Source: Eubacteriales bacterium (lineage in GTDB: Bacteria; Bacillota; Clostridia; Oscillospirales; CAG-382). From it: a stretch of DNA of 64,000 nt. Location of the stretch: positions 5,017 to 69,016 of the forward strand of contig JAZOBE010000009.1 of assembly GCA_045595785.1 (NCBI GenBank), in the 5' to 3' direction. The notes beneath the pieces are model-generated. The model was not told where the DNA came from, did no database searches, and saw nothing but the letters and a program-made list of their open reading frames with translations. Of the stretch, positions 18,049 to 27,804 are shown one piece after another (positions within the stretch are counted from its first letter, which is position 1; each line of letters begins with the position of its first letter). Position numbers and translations under genes: made by a program.

Positions 18049-18801
18049 ATGTATACGGTTTGCGTTCCCATTGCGCACATATACCGTTCGCCCGACCTGA
18101 AGAGCGAGCATACGGACGAAGCGCTTTTCGGCAACGAATGTGAAATTAAAGACGAGTTTTTTGATTTTTATAAAATAGTTACAGATTACGGATATACCGG
18201 CTGGGTTAAAAAAACTGATATTTGCCCTGCTTTACAAAAAGGCGGTTTTGTGGTAAAATACCCTTTCGCAGACCTGCTTCCTACACCCGAAAATTTCCGC
18301 GAGCCCATAATGACCTTCCCCAAGGGAAGCGTGGTGGATTTCGGTGTTCCTCACGAGGAGGAAAGATACGGAATGGTAATTTTACCCGATAAAACGGGGG
18401 GATATATGAATAAGAACCGTGTTGCTCCCCTGCCCGCAAAGACCGAAAACTACCGTGATATTATCGTAGAAACGGCGTTTTCCTATCTGGGCACCCAGTA
18501 CCGCTGGGGCGGAAAGACACATGAGGGAATAGACTGCTCCGGTCTGGCGTTTATGGCGTATTTCTTTGCCGGAATACCTATCTGGCGTGATGCGGATATT
18601 GATATGTGCCCAAATCTTGAAAGAATATCCCTTGACTGCGCAGGAAAGGGAGATTTGCTGTTTTACAAGGGACACGTTGCAATATATCTGGGAGAGGACA
18701 AAATTATCCACTCTACGGGACGGGACGGAGTAAGGCTGGACACCTTCGAGACCAGATCCGATATGAAAAATAATATTACAGCTATAGGAACAGTTAAATG
18801 A
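18049..18801 (+). CDS. NlpC/P60 (C40) cell-wall peptidase with N-terminal SH3-like domain (YkfC-like)
   Basis: YRWGGKTHEGIDCSGL (catalytic Cys) and GDLLFYKGHVAIYLG..IIHS (His). Confidence 0.8.
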   Translation: MYTVCVPIAHIYRSPDLKSEHTDEALFGNECEIKDEFFDFYKIVTDYGYTGWVKKTDICPALQKGGFVVKYPFADLLPTPENFREPIMTFPKGSVVDFGVPHEEERYGMVILPDKTGGYMNKNRVAPLPAKTENYRDIIVETAFSYLGTQYRWGGKTHEGIDCSGLAFMAYFFAGIPIWRDADIDMCPNLERISLDCAGKGDLLFYKGHVAIYLGEDKIIHSTGRDGVRLDTFETRSDMKNNITAIGTVK

Positions 18802-20183
18802 CAGATATTTTCGTTTCCCCCGAGGTTACACAGTCCCAGTGGGAATATGCCCGAAAGGTTAAAGAAATAATATATAAAAAAACAGATAATCCCAAGGTGT
18901 TTTTGCGCACCTTTGGGTGTCAGCAGAACGAGGCGGACACAGAGCGTCTTGCAGGAATTGCGGTGCTGTGCGGATATACTCCTACCCAAAACGAGGAGGA
19001 GGCTGACCTTGTTATAATAAACACCTGCGCCATAAGAGAGCACGCGGAAAAGCGGGCACTTTCCGGCACGGGACAATATAAAAAGTTCAAGGAGCGCAAG
19101 CCGGATTCGATTATTGCGGTGTGCGGTTGTATGGCACAGCAGGAATACCGCAGAGAACAGCTTGAAAGAAGTTATCCCTACGTTAATCTTGTTTTCGGTA
19201 CGGACAAAAACCATCTGCTGGCGGAAATGCTGTATAAAACCCTCACGAAAGGAAAAAGACAGTATTTCGTTTCGGGACTCAAGCACGATGAGCTTGGCGT
19301 TATTGCGGAAAACACCCCCGTTTTGAGAAGCTTTGATTACAAGGCGTGGGTCTCCATTATGTACGGATGTAATAACTTTTGCTCATACTGCGTGGTACCT
19401 TACGTCCGCGGAAGAGAAAGAAGCCGTAACAGCGCAGACGTGCTGAATGAGGTAAAAGCCCTTGTTGAAAACGGCTGTAAGGATATAACCCTGCTGGGTC
19501 AGAACGTAAACAGCTATAAGGGTGATATGGATTTCCCTCATCTGCTGGACAAGGCGGCATCCTTTGACGGGGATTACAGAATCCGTTTTATGACAAGCCA
19601 CCCCAAGGACGCGTCGGAAGAGCTTATTGCGGTGATGAAGGAGCATCCCGAAACTATTGCACGGCATTTCCATTTGCCTGCTCAAGCGGGAAACGACCGT
19701 ATACTTAAAGCCATGAACAGAAAATATACCCGCGAGAAATATCTTTCCACCCTTTTTGCAATAAAGGACGCTATGCCCGATATTGCGGTTACCACCGATA
19801 TAATCTGCGGTTTCCCTACAGAGACGGAAGCGGAATTTGAGGATACGGTATCCCTTATAAAAGCGGCGGAATACGATATGATATATACCTTTATTTATTC
19901 ACCCCGACCCGGCACGGTTGCCGCAACGATGGCTGACCAGATACCCCACGAGGAAAAGGTGCGCCGCTTCCGGCTGCTTTCCGCCACACAGGACGAGATA
20001 AGCGCGGAAAAGAGCCAAAAATATCTGGGTCAGACAGTGAAGGTGCTGTCCCACGGGCAGAATGAGGGCAGAAGCTCACAGAACAAAATCGTAACCTTTG
20101 ACAGAGATGTCCCTGCAGGACAGTTTGTTAACGTGGAGATTACCGAGGCAAAGGCTTACGGACTTAAAGGAAAAGTAATATAA
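18798..20183 (+). CDS. miaB: tRNA-2-methylthio-N6-dimethylallyladenosine synthase
   Basis: N-terminal UPF0004 cluster FGCQQNEADTE, radical SAM motif CNNFCSYC and a TRAM-like C-terminus. ATGA overlap with the upstream gene. The position upstream of ymcA-mutS-mutL matches Bacillus. Confidence 0.88.
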   Translation: MTDIFVSPEVTQSQWEYARKVKEIIYKKTDNPKVFLRTFGCQQNEADTERLAGIAVLCGYTPTQNEEEADLVIINTCAIREHAEKRALSGTGQYKKFKERKPDSIIAVCGCMAQQEYRREQLERSYPYVNLVFGTDKNHLLAEMLYKTLTKGKRQYFVSGLKHDELGVIAENTPVLRSFDYKAWVSIMYGCNNFCSYCVVPYVRGRERSRNSADVLNEVKALVENGCKDITLLGQNVNSYKGDMDFPHLLDKAASFDGDYRIRFMTSHPKDASEELIAVMKEHPETIARHFHLPAQAGNDRILKAMNRKYTREKYLSTLFAIKDAMPDIAVTTDIICGFPTETEAEFEDTVSLIKAAEYDMIYTFIYSPRPGTVAATMADQIPHEEKVRRFRLLSATQDEISAEKSQKYLGQTVKVLSHGQNEGRSSQNKIVTFDRDVPAGQFVNVEITEAKAYGLKGKVI

Positions 20184-20204
20184 ACCGAAAGGAAATATAA
20201 AAAA

Positions 20205-20597
20205 ATGAACGAGAACACAAAAAACGCAATTATCGCATTGGCAGACGCTATTGAGCAGGACGAGGTAGTGCTCAACTACAAAGCGGCAAAGGAAAACTTC
20301 GATAACGACGAAACTCTTTCCACCAAAATAAACGAATACACCGTACAGCGTATGGTATTCGAAAAGGCATCTGCAGACGAAAATCCCGACGAGGAGCTGC
20401 TTAAGCAGATCGACGCACGTCTCAAGGAGCTTTACGAAGAGGTTATGGCTAACCCCGTGATGGTTGCTCTGGCAAACGCTGAAAACGAGCTTAACGAATT
20501 GCTCAACCACCTTAACAGCGAGATCCAGCACAGAATTATTCCCGAAAGCGAACATTCCTGCGGCGGCGATTGCTCTGCCTGCGGCGGATGCCACTAA
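20205..20597 (+). CDS. YlbF/YmcA family regulatory protein with C-terminal Cys cluster
   Basis: 130 aa, helical. The position between miaB and mutS matches B. subtilis ymcA. C-terminus is CGGDCSACGGCH. Confidence 0.5.
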   Translation: MNENTKNAIIALADAIEQDEVVLNYKAAKENFDNDETLSTKINEYTVQRMVFEKASADENPDEELLKQIDARLKELYEEVMANPVMVALANAENELNELLNHLNSEIQHRIIPESEHSCGGDCSACGGCH

Positions 20598-20606
20598 TAA
20601 AAGATA

Positions 20607-20779
20607 CCCCCAAAAAAGGTTTTTAGGATGCTGAGGGTGTTTCACGAAAAATCACCCCTGAAATCCGCACAATACCCACGCCGAAAGGCGAGGAGTTTTG
20701 GATGCAGAAGGAATTTTCGAGAGTGGGGAGCTGTAGTAACCTACTGCCCCCCGAACGAAAATTTCTTATGCGCCAAAAG
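20607..20779. repeat. mosaic palindromic element (P6 + P3 modules)
   Basis: 20607-20672 is the reverse complement of the insert unit seen twice at 61553-61737. 20696-20779 is a P3 long hairpin with core GCTGTAGTAACCTACTGC. Confidence 0.75.
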
Positions 20780-20811
20780 ACCCGCCTTAAAACGAAAGGA
20801 GAAAATCTGAT

Positions 20812-23376
20812 ATGGCTCTCTCACCCATGATGAAGCAATACTTGCAGGTAAAACAAGAGAATCCCGACTGTATACTTATGTTCAGGCTGGGGGATTTTTA
20901 TGAAATGTTTTACGAGGACGCAATAACTGCGTCCAAGGTGCTGGATATTGTACTTACGGGAAGAGACTGCGGGGAGGAAGAAAGAGCACCTATGTGCGGT
21001 ATTCCCTTTCACGCGGCGGACAGCTATATCCACCGTCTTATTAAGGCAGGCTACAGAGTTGCTGTTGCCGAGCAGATGGAGGACCCCAAAAGCGTTAAAG
21101 GTATTGTGCGCCGTGAGGTAATAAGAGTAATAAGCCCCGGCACGGTTACTGACGGAGATTATCTGCCCAAAGAGAAAAATAATTTCATTTTATCCGTATA
21201 TTCCACCGGAGACGGATGCGGTGCCGCTTATGCGGACGTATCTACAGGCACCTTTTCCGCCTGCCAGTTTACAGGCAGAGACGATAAGGCGTTGCTGCTG
21301 TCCGAGACTGCCGCTTACACACCGACGGAAGCGTTGATTTACGGCACAAGCGACCTGAAGCAAGCTGTTTCCGAAAGGTTCGGCGCCCGTATATCCGCAA
21401 TAGACGAGGAGCTTTACAGATATTCCACCGCCTTTGACGAGGTGTACGCCGTTACGGGAAACGACAAGGGAAAAGCGTATCCCCTTGCCTGCACGGCAGC
21501 AGGCGCGTTGCTTGCACACCTGCGTGAAGCTCAGAAAATAGACTTAAAGTTTGTAAAAGACATTAATTTTTACGATCCTCAGCTGTTTTTGCAGTTGGAC
21601 TCCTCCACCCGTAAAAACCTTGAGCTGACGGAATCTGCCTACACCCGTGAAAAGAAGGGGTCGCTTCTTTGGGTGCTGGACGAAACCAAGACGGCAATGG
21701 GCGCAAGAGCGCTCCGCCGCAGAATAGAGACTCCTCTTATCGACCCCAACATTATTAACGCCCGTCTTGACGGTGTTGCGGAGCTTAAAAAGGACCGCCG
21801 CGCCAGAGACGAATTGCGTGAGGAGCTGAAGAAAATTGCCGACCTTGAAAGGCTTTCCTCCCGCGTGGCGTACGGAAGCGCAAACCCCCGAGACCTGAAG
21901 GCGTTAGAGGGCTCTATGCGTCATTTCCCCGAAATAAAGCGGATATTATCTGCTTTTTCTACACCCGAGCTTGAGCGTATCCACAACGAGATAAATCCCC
22001 TTACCGACGTGTGCGAGAGTATTGGCAAGTATATTGACGATGATCCGCCCGTGGTATACAAGGAGGGCAACGTCATCCGTAAAGGCGCTCACCGAGAAGT
22101 AGACGAGCTTCGTGAGCTGCTTGACGACGGCAAGAACTGGATTGCCCGAATGGAGAGAAGCGAACGGGAAAGCACGGGAATTAAAAATCTTAAAATCGGA
22201 TATAACCGAGTATTCGGATACTATATAGAAGTTCCCAAAAGAGATGCGGAAAGCGTGCCTGAGGGGTATATCCGCCGTCAGACTCTGGCGGACAAGGAAA
22301 GATACGTTACTCAGGAATTAAAGGATATGGAAAGCCGTGTTATAAACGCACGAGGCAGACTGTACGCGCTTGAGGCAGAATTGTTTACGGGACTGAGGAC
22401 ACACGTAAGCGTATCCCTTACCGCACTTCGCAAAACGGCGGAGGCGCTGGCTGAGGCAGACGTTTACGCCACCCTTGCAACCGTTGCCGAGGAAAACGGA
22501 TACACCCGCCCTGAGGTGGACGTTTCCGACGTTATCGACATAAAAGCGGGCAGACATCCCGTTGTGGAAAAGCTGTGCGGCGATAATTACTTCGTGCCCA
22601 ACGATTGTATGCTTAATACCACAAGCAGCAGATTACATATTATTACCGGCCCCAACATGGCAGGTAAATCCACATATATGCGCCAGATAGCGGACATAGT
22701 GCTTATGGCGCAGATAGGCTCCTTTGTTCCTGCGGAAAGCGCACGTATCGGCGTGGTGGACAGAATTTTCACACGCGTAGGTGCGTCCGATGACCTTTCC
22801 GGCGGTACCAGCACCTTTATGCTGGAGATGAAGGAGGTTGCAAACATTCTTGCAAACGCCACCAAGAAAAGTCTTATAGTTTACGATGAGATTGGCAGAG
22901 GCACCTCCACCTATGACGGTATGTCGATTGCCCGCGCGGTGGTGGAGCATACGGCGGAAAAAATTAAAGCACGCACCCTTTTTGCCACCCATTACCACGA
23001 GCTTACCGAGCTTGAGGAAACGTCGGAGGGTGTGGTAAACTACAATATCGCTGCTAAAAAGCGCGGAAACGATATTATATTCCTGCGCCGCATAGTACGG
23101 GGACACGCTTCGGACAGCTACGGTATTGAGGTAGCTTCCCTTGCAGGTGTGCCGAACACCGTGGTAAACCGTGCAAAGGCAATACTTAAAAACATACTTG
23201 AAAACACTTCTGTTCCCCAAAAGACCTTTGTAAAAGAGGAAGAAAGCGACGAGATAACACTTTTTGATATGTCCTGGGAGAATATGAAGGAAAAGCTCCG
23301 TAATACGGACATAAACACTATTACCCCCATTGAAGCGATGGGAATACTTTACGAGATAAAGAAGCTGGTTGAATAA
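20812..23376 (+). CDS. mutS: DNA mismatch repair protein MutS
   Basis: 854 aa. N-terminal mismatch-binding region (MMKQYL..GDFYE), Walker A GPNMAGKST and DEIGRGTST. Confidence 0.97.
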   Translation: MALSPMMKQYLQVKQENPDCILMFRLGDFYEMFYEDAITASKVLDIVLTGRDCGEEERAPMCGIPFHAADSYIHRLIKAGYRVAVAEQMEDPKSVKGIVRREVIRVISPGTVTDGDYLPKEKNNFILSVYSTGDGCGAAYADVSTGTFSACQFTGRDDKALLLSETAAYTPTEALIYGTSDLKQAVSERFGARISAIDEELYRYSTAFDEVYAVTGNDKGKAYPLACTAAGALLAHLREAQKIDLKFVKDINFYDPQLFLQLDSSTRKNLELTESAYTREKKGSLLWVLDETKTAMGARALRRRIETPLIDPNIINARLDGVAELKKDRRARDELREELKKIADLERLSSRVAYGSANPRDLKALEGSMRHFPEIKRILSAFSTPELERIHNEINPLTDVCESIGKYIDDDPPVVYKEGNVIRKGAHREVDELRELLDDGKNWIARMERSERESTGIKNLKIGYNRVFGYYIEVPKRDAESVPEGYIRRQTLADKERYVTQELKDMESRVINARGRLYALEAELFTGLRTHVSVSLTALRKTAEALAEADVYATLATVAEENGYTRPEVDVSDVIDIKAGRHPVVEKLCGDNYFVPNDCMLNTTSSRLHIITGPNMAGKSTYMRQIADIVLMAQIGSFVPAESARIGVVDRIFTRVGASDDLSGGTSTFMLEMKEVANILANATKKSLIVYDEIGRGTSTYDGMSIARAVVEHTAEKIKARTLFATHYHELTELEETSEGVVNYNIAAKKRGNDIIFLRRIVRGHASDSYGIEVASLAGVPNTVVNRAKAILKNILENTSVPQKTFVKEEESDEITLFDMSWENMKEKLRNTDINTITPIEAMGILYEIKKLVE

Positions 23377-25176
23377 ATGGGAATTATCAATATTCTTGAC
23401 ACCCAAACCTCCAACATGATAGCCGCAGGCGAGGTGGTGGACAGACCTGCCTCCGCCCTGAAGGAGCTTATTGAAAATTCAATAGATGCCCACGCTACAA
23501 AAATTACGGCAGAGATACGCGGCGGCGGAATACTAATGCTTAAGGTAAGCGATAACGGCAAGGGTATTGACAGAGAGGATATGCCCAAAACCATTCTCCG
23601 CCACGCCACCAGTAAAATAAAAAAGGCTGATGATCTGGACGGAATTCTTACCCTCGGCTTCCGAGGCGAGGCACTTGCCGCGCTTTCATCGGTGGCAAAG
23701 ACCGAGATCATATCAAAGCATATTGATTCCGATACGGGATACCGTCTTTTGTGCGACGAAAACGGTGTGGAGTTTGATGAATACCCGTCTCCCGACGGAA
23801 CGGTTATTACCGCAACCGAATTGTTTTACAACCAGCCTGCAAGAAAGAAGTTTCTTAAAAAGGATTCGTCCGAAACAGCGGCTTGCGTAAGTACGGTGGA
23901 AAAGCTGGCGCTTACCCACCCCGAAATTTCGTTTACACTTATTACCGACGGAGACAAGCGGTTCGTTACCTCCGGTGACGGAGATCTGCTTAACACCATC
24001 CACGCAGTTTACGGAAAAGAGACGGCGGCAGCCCTTATTCCTGCGGAGTATGATTCGGGTAAAATAAAGGTTGAGGGCTACGTTTCCTCCCCCGAATACC
24101 CCCGCGCATCCCGAAGAGGTCAGGTTTTTATGCTGAACGGAAGATGCATACAGAACAAGACCGCACAGGCGGCGCTGGAAAGAGGGTTTGAAAGCTATAT
24201 CCCTCGGGGAAAATATCCTGCCTGCGTGCTGAATATTCAGGTTGACCCGCTGTTTGTTGACGTTAACGTGCATCCCGCAAAATTAGAGGTTAAGTTTGCG
24301 GACGAGAGGCAGATTTTTGAAGCGGTCTACTGCGCGGTGAGAAACGCATTTGAATTAAAGGTGGATACGGATATTTTCATTGCAAACGAAAGCGAGGTAA
24401 CCCCCACATACAGCACCCGAACCGTTTTAGATACGCCGCTGACCCAAAGCGAGGTTATTAAAAACAGCGGAGAAACGTTTGTGTTCCGCTATGATAAGCC
24501 TGATGATACCGAGGTGTTTTTGCCCTTTGTTCCTGCCGAGGAGACAGAGGAGGTTTCCCCCGTGGCGCAGGTTGCCACACCTACACAGCAGGTATTCGAG
24601 CAAAGCGAGGCGCCTGAATTCGTATACGCAGGGGAATTGTGGAACACCTATATCCTGCTTACCGACGACACTTGTCTTATGCTGATCGACAAGCACGCCG
24701 CCCACGAACGGCTGATATACGAGCAGATAAGAAACGCGCGGAGATATACGGCGCAGGAGCTGATTACGGGAATTCCCGTAACCTTAAGCGCCGCCGAGCT
24801 GAACGCCGCTATCGAAAACAAGGAGTTTTTTGCGTCCTACGGTTATGATTTTGACGAGTTCGGCACAGACGGAGTGATACTTCGCACGCTGCCATCCGCA
24901 TTGTTCGGAACCAAGCAGGAAACGGAGTTGTTTTTGGAGCTTTGTGCCGCAGTAACTGACGGAACGGCGGTTCCACTTACCGAAAGATGCGAAAAAGCCA
25001 TATACACCGCCGCATGCAAAGCGGCAATACGGGCAAAGGAAAAAACCACGCCCGAGGAAAACTATGCTTTGGCGAAGGAGCTGCTTTCCAAGCCCGAGGC
25101 AAGATTCTGCCCCCACGGCAGACCCGTAATGCATATTATGAAAAAAAACGATATAAACAAGTTTTTTGACAGATAG
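23377..25176 (+). CDS. mutL: DNA mismatch repair protein MutL
   Basis: GHKL ATPase motifs ELIENSIDA, DNGKGI and GFRGEAL. The start abuts the mutS stop. Confidence 0.95.
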   Translation: MGIINILDTQTSNMIAAGEVVDRPASALKELIENSIDAHATKITAEIRGGGILMLKVSDNGKGIDREDMPKTILRHATSKIKKADDLDGILTLGFRGEALAALSSVAKTEIISKHIDSDTGYRLLCDENGVEFDEYPSPDGTVITATELFYNQPARKKFLKKDSSETAACVSTVEKLALTHPEISFTLITDGDKRFVTSGDGDLLNTIHAVYGKETAAALIPAEYDSGKIKVEGYVSSPEYPRASRRGQVFMLNGRCIQNKTAQAALERGFESYIPRGKYPACVLNIQVDPLFVDVNVHPAKLEVKFADERQIFEAVYCAVRNAFELKVDTDIFIANESEVTPTYSTRTVLDTPLTQSEVIKNSGETFVFRYDKPDDTEVFLPFVPAEETEEVSPVAQVATPTQQVFEQSEAPEFVYAGELWNTYILLTDDTCLMLIDKHAAHERLIYEQIRNARRYTAQELITGIPVTLSAAELNAAIENKEFFASYGYDFDEFGTDGVILRTLPSALFGTKQETELFLELCAAVTDGTAVPLTERCEKAIYTAACKAAIRAKEKTTPEENYALAKELLSKPEARFCPHGRPVMHIMKKNDINKFFDR

Positions 25177-25184
25177 GAGAAAAA

Positions 25185-26327
25185 ATGGCATCCTTTAAGA
25201 TACTTGCCACCGAGGGCAACGCGCGGCGCGGCGTGTTCTCTACGGTACACGGCGATATTCAGACGCCCGTTTTTATGAACGTGGGCACGTCTGCCGCTAT
25301 AAAGGGCGGCATTTCCACCTTTGATCTGCGCAATATCAACTGTCAGGTGGAGTTATCCAACACCTACCATCTCCACGTCCGTCCGGGTGAGGATATTATT
25401 TATGAATTGGGCGGAATACACAAGTTTTTTAATTGGGACAAGCCCGTTCTTACCGACAGCGGCGGATTTCAGGTGTTTTCGCTGGCAAACCTCCGTAGTA
25501 TAAAAGAAGAGGGAGTTGCGTTCCAATCCCATATGGACGGCGCAAAGATATTTATGTCCCCCGAGGTATCTATGCGGATACAGTCAAAGCTGGCGTCCAC
25601 AATTGCAATGGCGTTTGACGAATGTCCCTCCTCTGTGGCAGACAAGAGATATATTAAAAAGTCCTGCGACCGTACCGTAAGATGGCTTTACCGCTGTAAG
25701 GATGAGATGGACAAGCTGAATTCCTTGGAGACCACCATAAACCCCCATCAGCTTTTGTTCGGTATAAACCAAGGCGGTGTGTATGCTGACCTTAGAGTTG
25801 AGCATATGAAGCAGATTCGTGAGCTTGACCTGCCGGGATACGCTATCGGCGGTTTGGCGGTAGGCGAGGATGCGGACACCATGTACCGTATTATTGAGGC
25901 GGTTGAGCCCCATATGCCCAAGGAAAAGCCCAGATATCTTATGGGAGTGGGCACACCCGTTAATATTCTTGAGGCGGTGGAAAGAGGCGTTGACTTTTTC
26001 GATTGCGTAATGCCCTCCCGTAACGCCCGCCACGGTAATCTGTTTACCTGGGCAGGTATGATGAACCTTAATAACAACAAATATCTGCTGGACGACAGAC
26101 CTATTGACGAGCATTGTAATTGCGACGTATGTAAGCGTTATTCAAGAGCGTATATCCGCCATCTTTTCAAGGCAAGAGAACTTTTGGGTATGCGTCTGTG
26201 CGTACTGCATAACCTCTATTTCTATAACGAGCTTATGGCACAGATTCGCCTGCATATCGAAAAAGGCGATTTTACCGAGTGGAAAAACAAAATGGTTCCC
26301 ATACTCGGCAAACGCGCACAAGACTAA
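25185..26327 (+). CDS. tgt: queuine tRNA-ribosyltransferase
   Basis: LTDSGGFQVFS, the zinc site CNCDVC..H, and 380 aa length. Confidence 0.95.
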   Translation: MASFKILATEGNARRGVFSTVHGDIQTPVFMNVGTSAAIKGGISTFDLRNINCQVELSNTYHLHVRPGEDIIYELGGIHKFFNWDKPVLTDSGGFQVFSLANLRSIKEEGVAFQSHMDGAKIFMSPEVSMRIQSKLASTIAMAFDECPSSVADKRYIKKSCDRTVRWLYRCKDEMDKLNSLETTINPHQLLFGINQGGVYADLRVEHMKQIRELDLPGYAIGGLAVGEDADTMYRIIEAVEPHMPKEKPRYLMGVGTPVNILEAVERGVDFFDCVMPSRNARHGNLFTWAGMMNLNNNKYLLDDRPIDEHCNCDVCKRYSRAYIRHLFKARELLGMRLCVLHNLYFYNELMAQIRLHIEKGDFTEWKNKMVPILGKRAQD

Positions 26328-26384
26328 AAATACCCCACAGAAAAAACAAAAAACAAAAAAGGCTTATAAAGGAGATAAAAATTT

Positions 26385-26870
26385 ATGAAAAAATGCACCA
26401 AATGCGGCAAAACCTTTGAAGACAGCAACTTCTGCCCCGCTTGCGGCACCGAAGTAAAGGATGCTCCCAAGGCAACAGGCTATACCGAAGAGGATATTAA
26501 GGATAACAAGATATTTGCGTTCCTTTCCTACATCGGTCCTCTGTTCCTCGTACCTATCCTTGCTTGCCCCAAGTCCAAGTACGGCCGTTTCCACGCAAAC
26601 CAGGGTCTGGTTCTGTTCCTTGCAGAGCTTATTATCGCACTTCCCATCAGATTCCTTGACTGGTTCAACGGTTGGCTTTTCGGCGATCTGCTTAATTGGT
26701 ACGGCTCCTGGCTCAAGCTGGTTCCTACCTCTATCGGCTTCGTTATTGAAGCGGCAGGTCTTATACTCGGCGCGCTGACACTCGTTCTCGCTGTTATCGG
26801 CGTTATCAATGCATTCCAGGGCAAGGCAAATGAACTGCCCTTTATCGGCAAGATCCGCATACTCAAATAA
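26385..26870 (+). CDS. zinc-ribbon domain membrane protein
   Basis: N-terminal CTKCG..CPACG, followed by 3-4 TM helices. Confidence 0.6.
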   Translation: MKKCTKCGKTFEDSNFCPACGTEVKDAPKATGYTEEDIKDNKIFAFLSYIGPLFLVPILACPKSKYGRFHANQGLVLFLAELIIALPIRFLDWFNGWLFGDLLNWYGSWLKLVPTSIGFVIEAAGLILGALTLVLAVIGVINAFQGKANELPFIGKIRILK

Positions 26871-26890
26871 GTCGGAGCGGCTAATTTATC

Positions 26891-27023
26891 ACAGAACAAA
26901 AACGCAAACAGGAAAAGCTTTCTAAAGTGAACGTCATACACAAACGTGCGTTACTATGCACTTGCGTTTTTCCACAGCACATATAAGGAAAATTCCCGTA
27001 GAAAGCTCTACGGGAATTTTTTT
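26891..27023. repeat. minimal boundary-pair element plus hairpin acting as a bidirectional terminator
   Basis: CAAAAACGCA (26897-26906) and TGCGTTTTT (26963-26971) are in inverted orientation. Hairpin AAATTCCCGTAGA-aagc-TCTACGGGAATTT plus T7 lies at 26990-27023. A related hairpin is at 59175-59205. Confidence 0.65.
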
Positions 27024-27804
27024 ATCTTACTGTGGTTATTTTATCTTTTCCGTAAACGATTACGTGCTCGTCCAGACGGCAGGAAATCTGGGAAAGAAGT
27101 GTTGACACGGTGCGTGTGGTTACAACGTCATCACCTGAAGGACGGGGGTTTCCGTCGGGGTGGTTGTGCGCCAGAATAACTGCCGCCGCACCGCATGACA
27201 GAATTGCGTTTGCCAGCACCCGATGGCTGAACTGTGCGCCGCTTTTTCCTCCTCTGGCAAGACGGGTTATATCCAGAAGCTGACCCTTTTCCGATAACGA
27301 TGCCGCCCACACCTCCTCGTGAGTGAGGTGGGAAAGCAGGGAGCAAAAGAAATCCCGTCTTTCCTCATAGGTGTTAAGATATACCGTCTCCTCGGGAACG
27401 GGAGTGCGCCGTGCCATAAGGCAGGCGGTCTGCAAAAGAATGGCGGTTTTTTCCCCCACGCCCTTTACCGACATAAGCTCCTGCTTGGTGGCAGACGCTA
27501 CGCCTCGGAGTGACCCGAATTTATCTATAAGCGCCTCCGCCATGGGACGGGTATCTCCTCTGGGAATGGCGTAAAACAGCAATACCTCAAGTATCTGATC
27601 ATCGGTGCCGCAGGGCATCTCGCCCGAGAAAAGCCTTTCTCTCATACGGGCGCGGTGACCGCTGTGGTCCTCCTTCTCATTGGCAGGCGGCGTCTCCTTT
27701 GAAGACGCTTTTTTGCCTTTAAGGTATTCTTCCTCTGCCTTTTTTATCTCGGCTTCGGTCATTTCAACAAAGCGAAGGGAATCGTCTATTTGTTTTTGTT
27801 CCAT
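27022..27804 (-). CDS. radC: RadC-family JAB/MPN domain protein with about 45-aa N-terminal extension
   Basis: GHRARMRERL, HhH region VKGVGEKTA and JAMM motif ILAHNHPDGNPRPSGDD. RBS GGAGA lies upstream of the ATG at 27804. Confidence 0.85.
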   Translation of the reverse strand: MEQKQIDDSLRFVEMTEAEIKKAEEEYLKGKKASSKETPPANEKEDHSGHRARMRERLFSGEMPCGTDDQILEVLLFYAIPRGDTRPMAEALIDKFGSLRGVASATKQELMSVKGVGEKTAILLQTACLMARRTPVPEETVYLNTYEERRDFFCSLLSHLTHEEVWAASLSEKGQLLDITRLARGGKSGAQFSHRVLANAILSCGAAAVILAHNHPDGNPRPSGDDVVTTRTVSTLLSQISCRLDEHVIVYGKDKITTVR

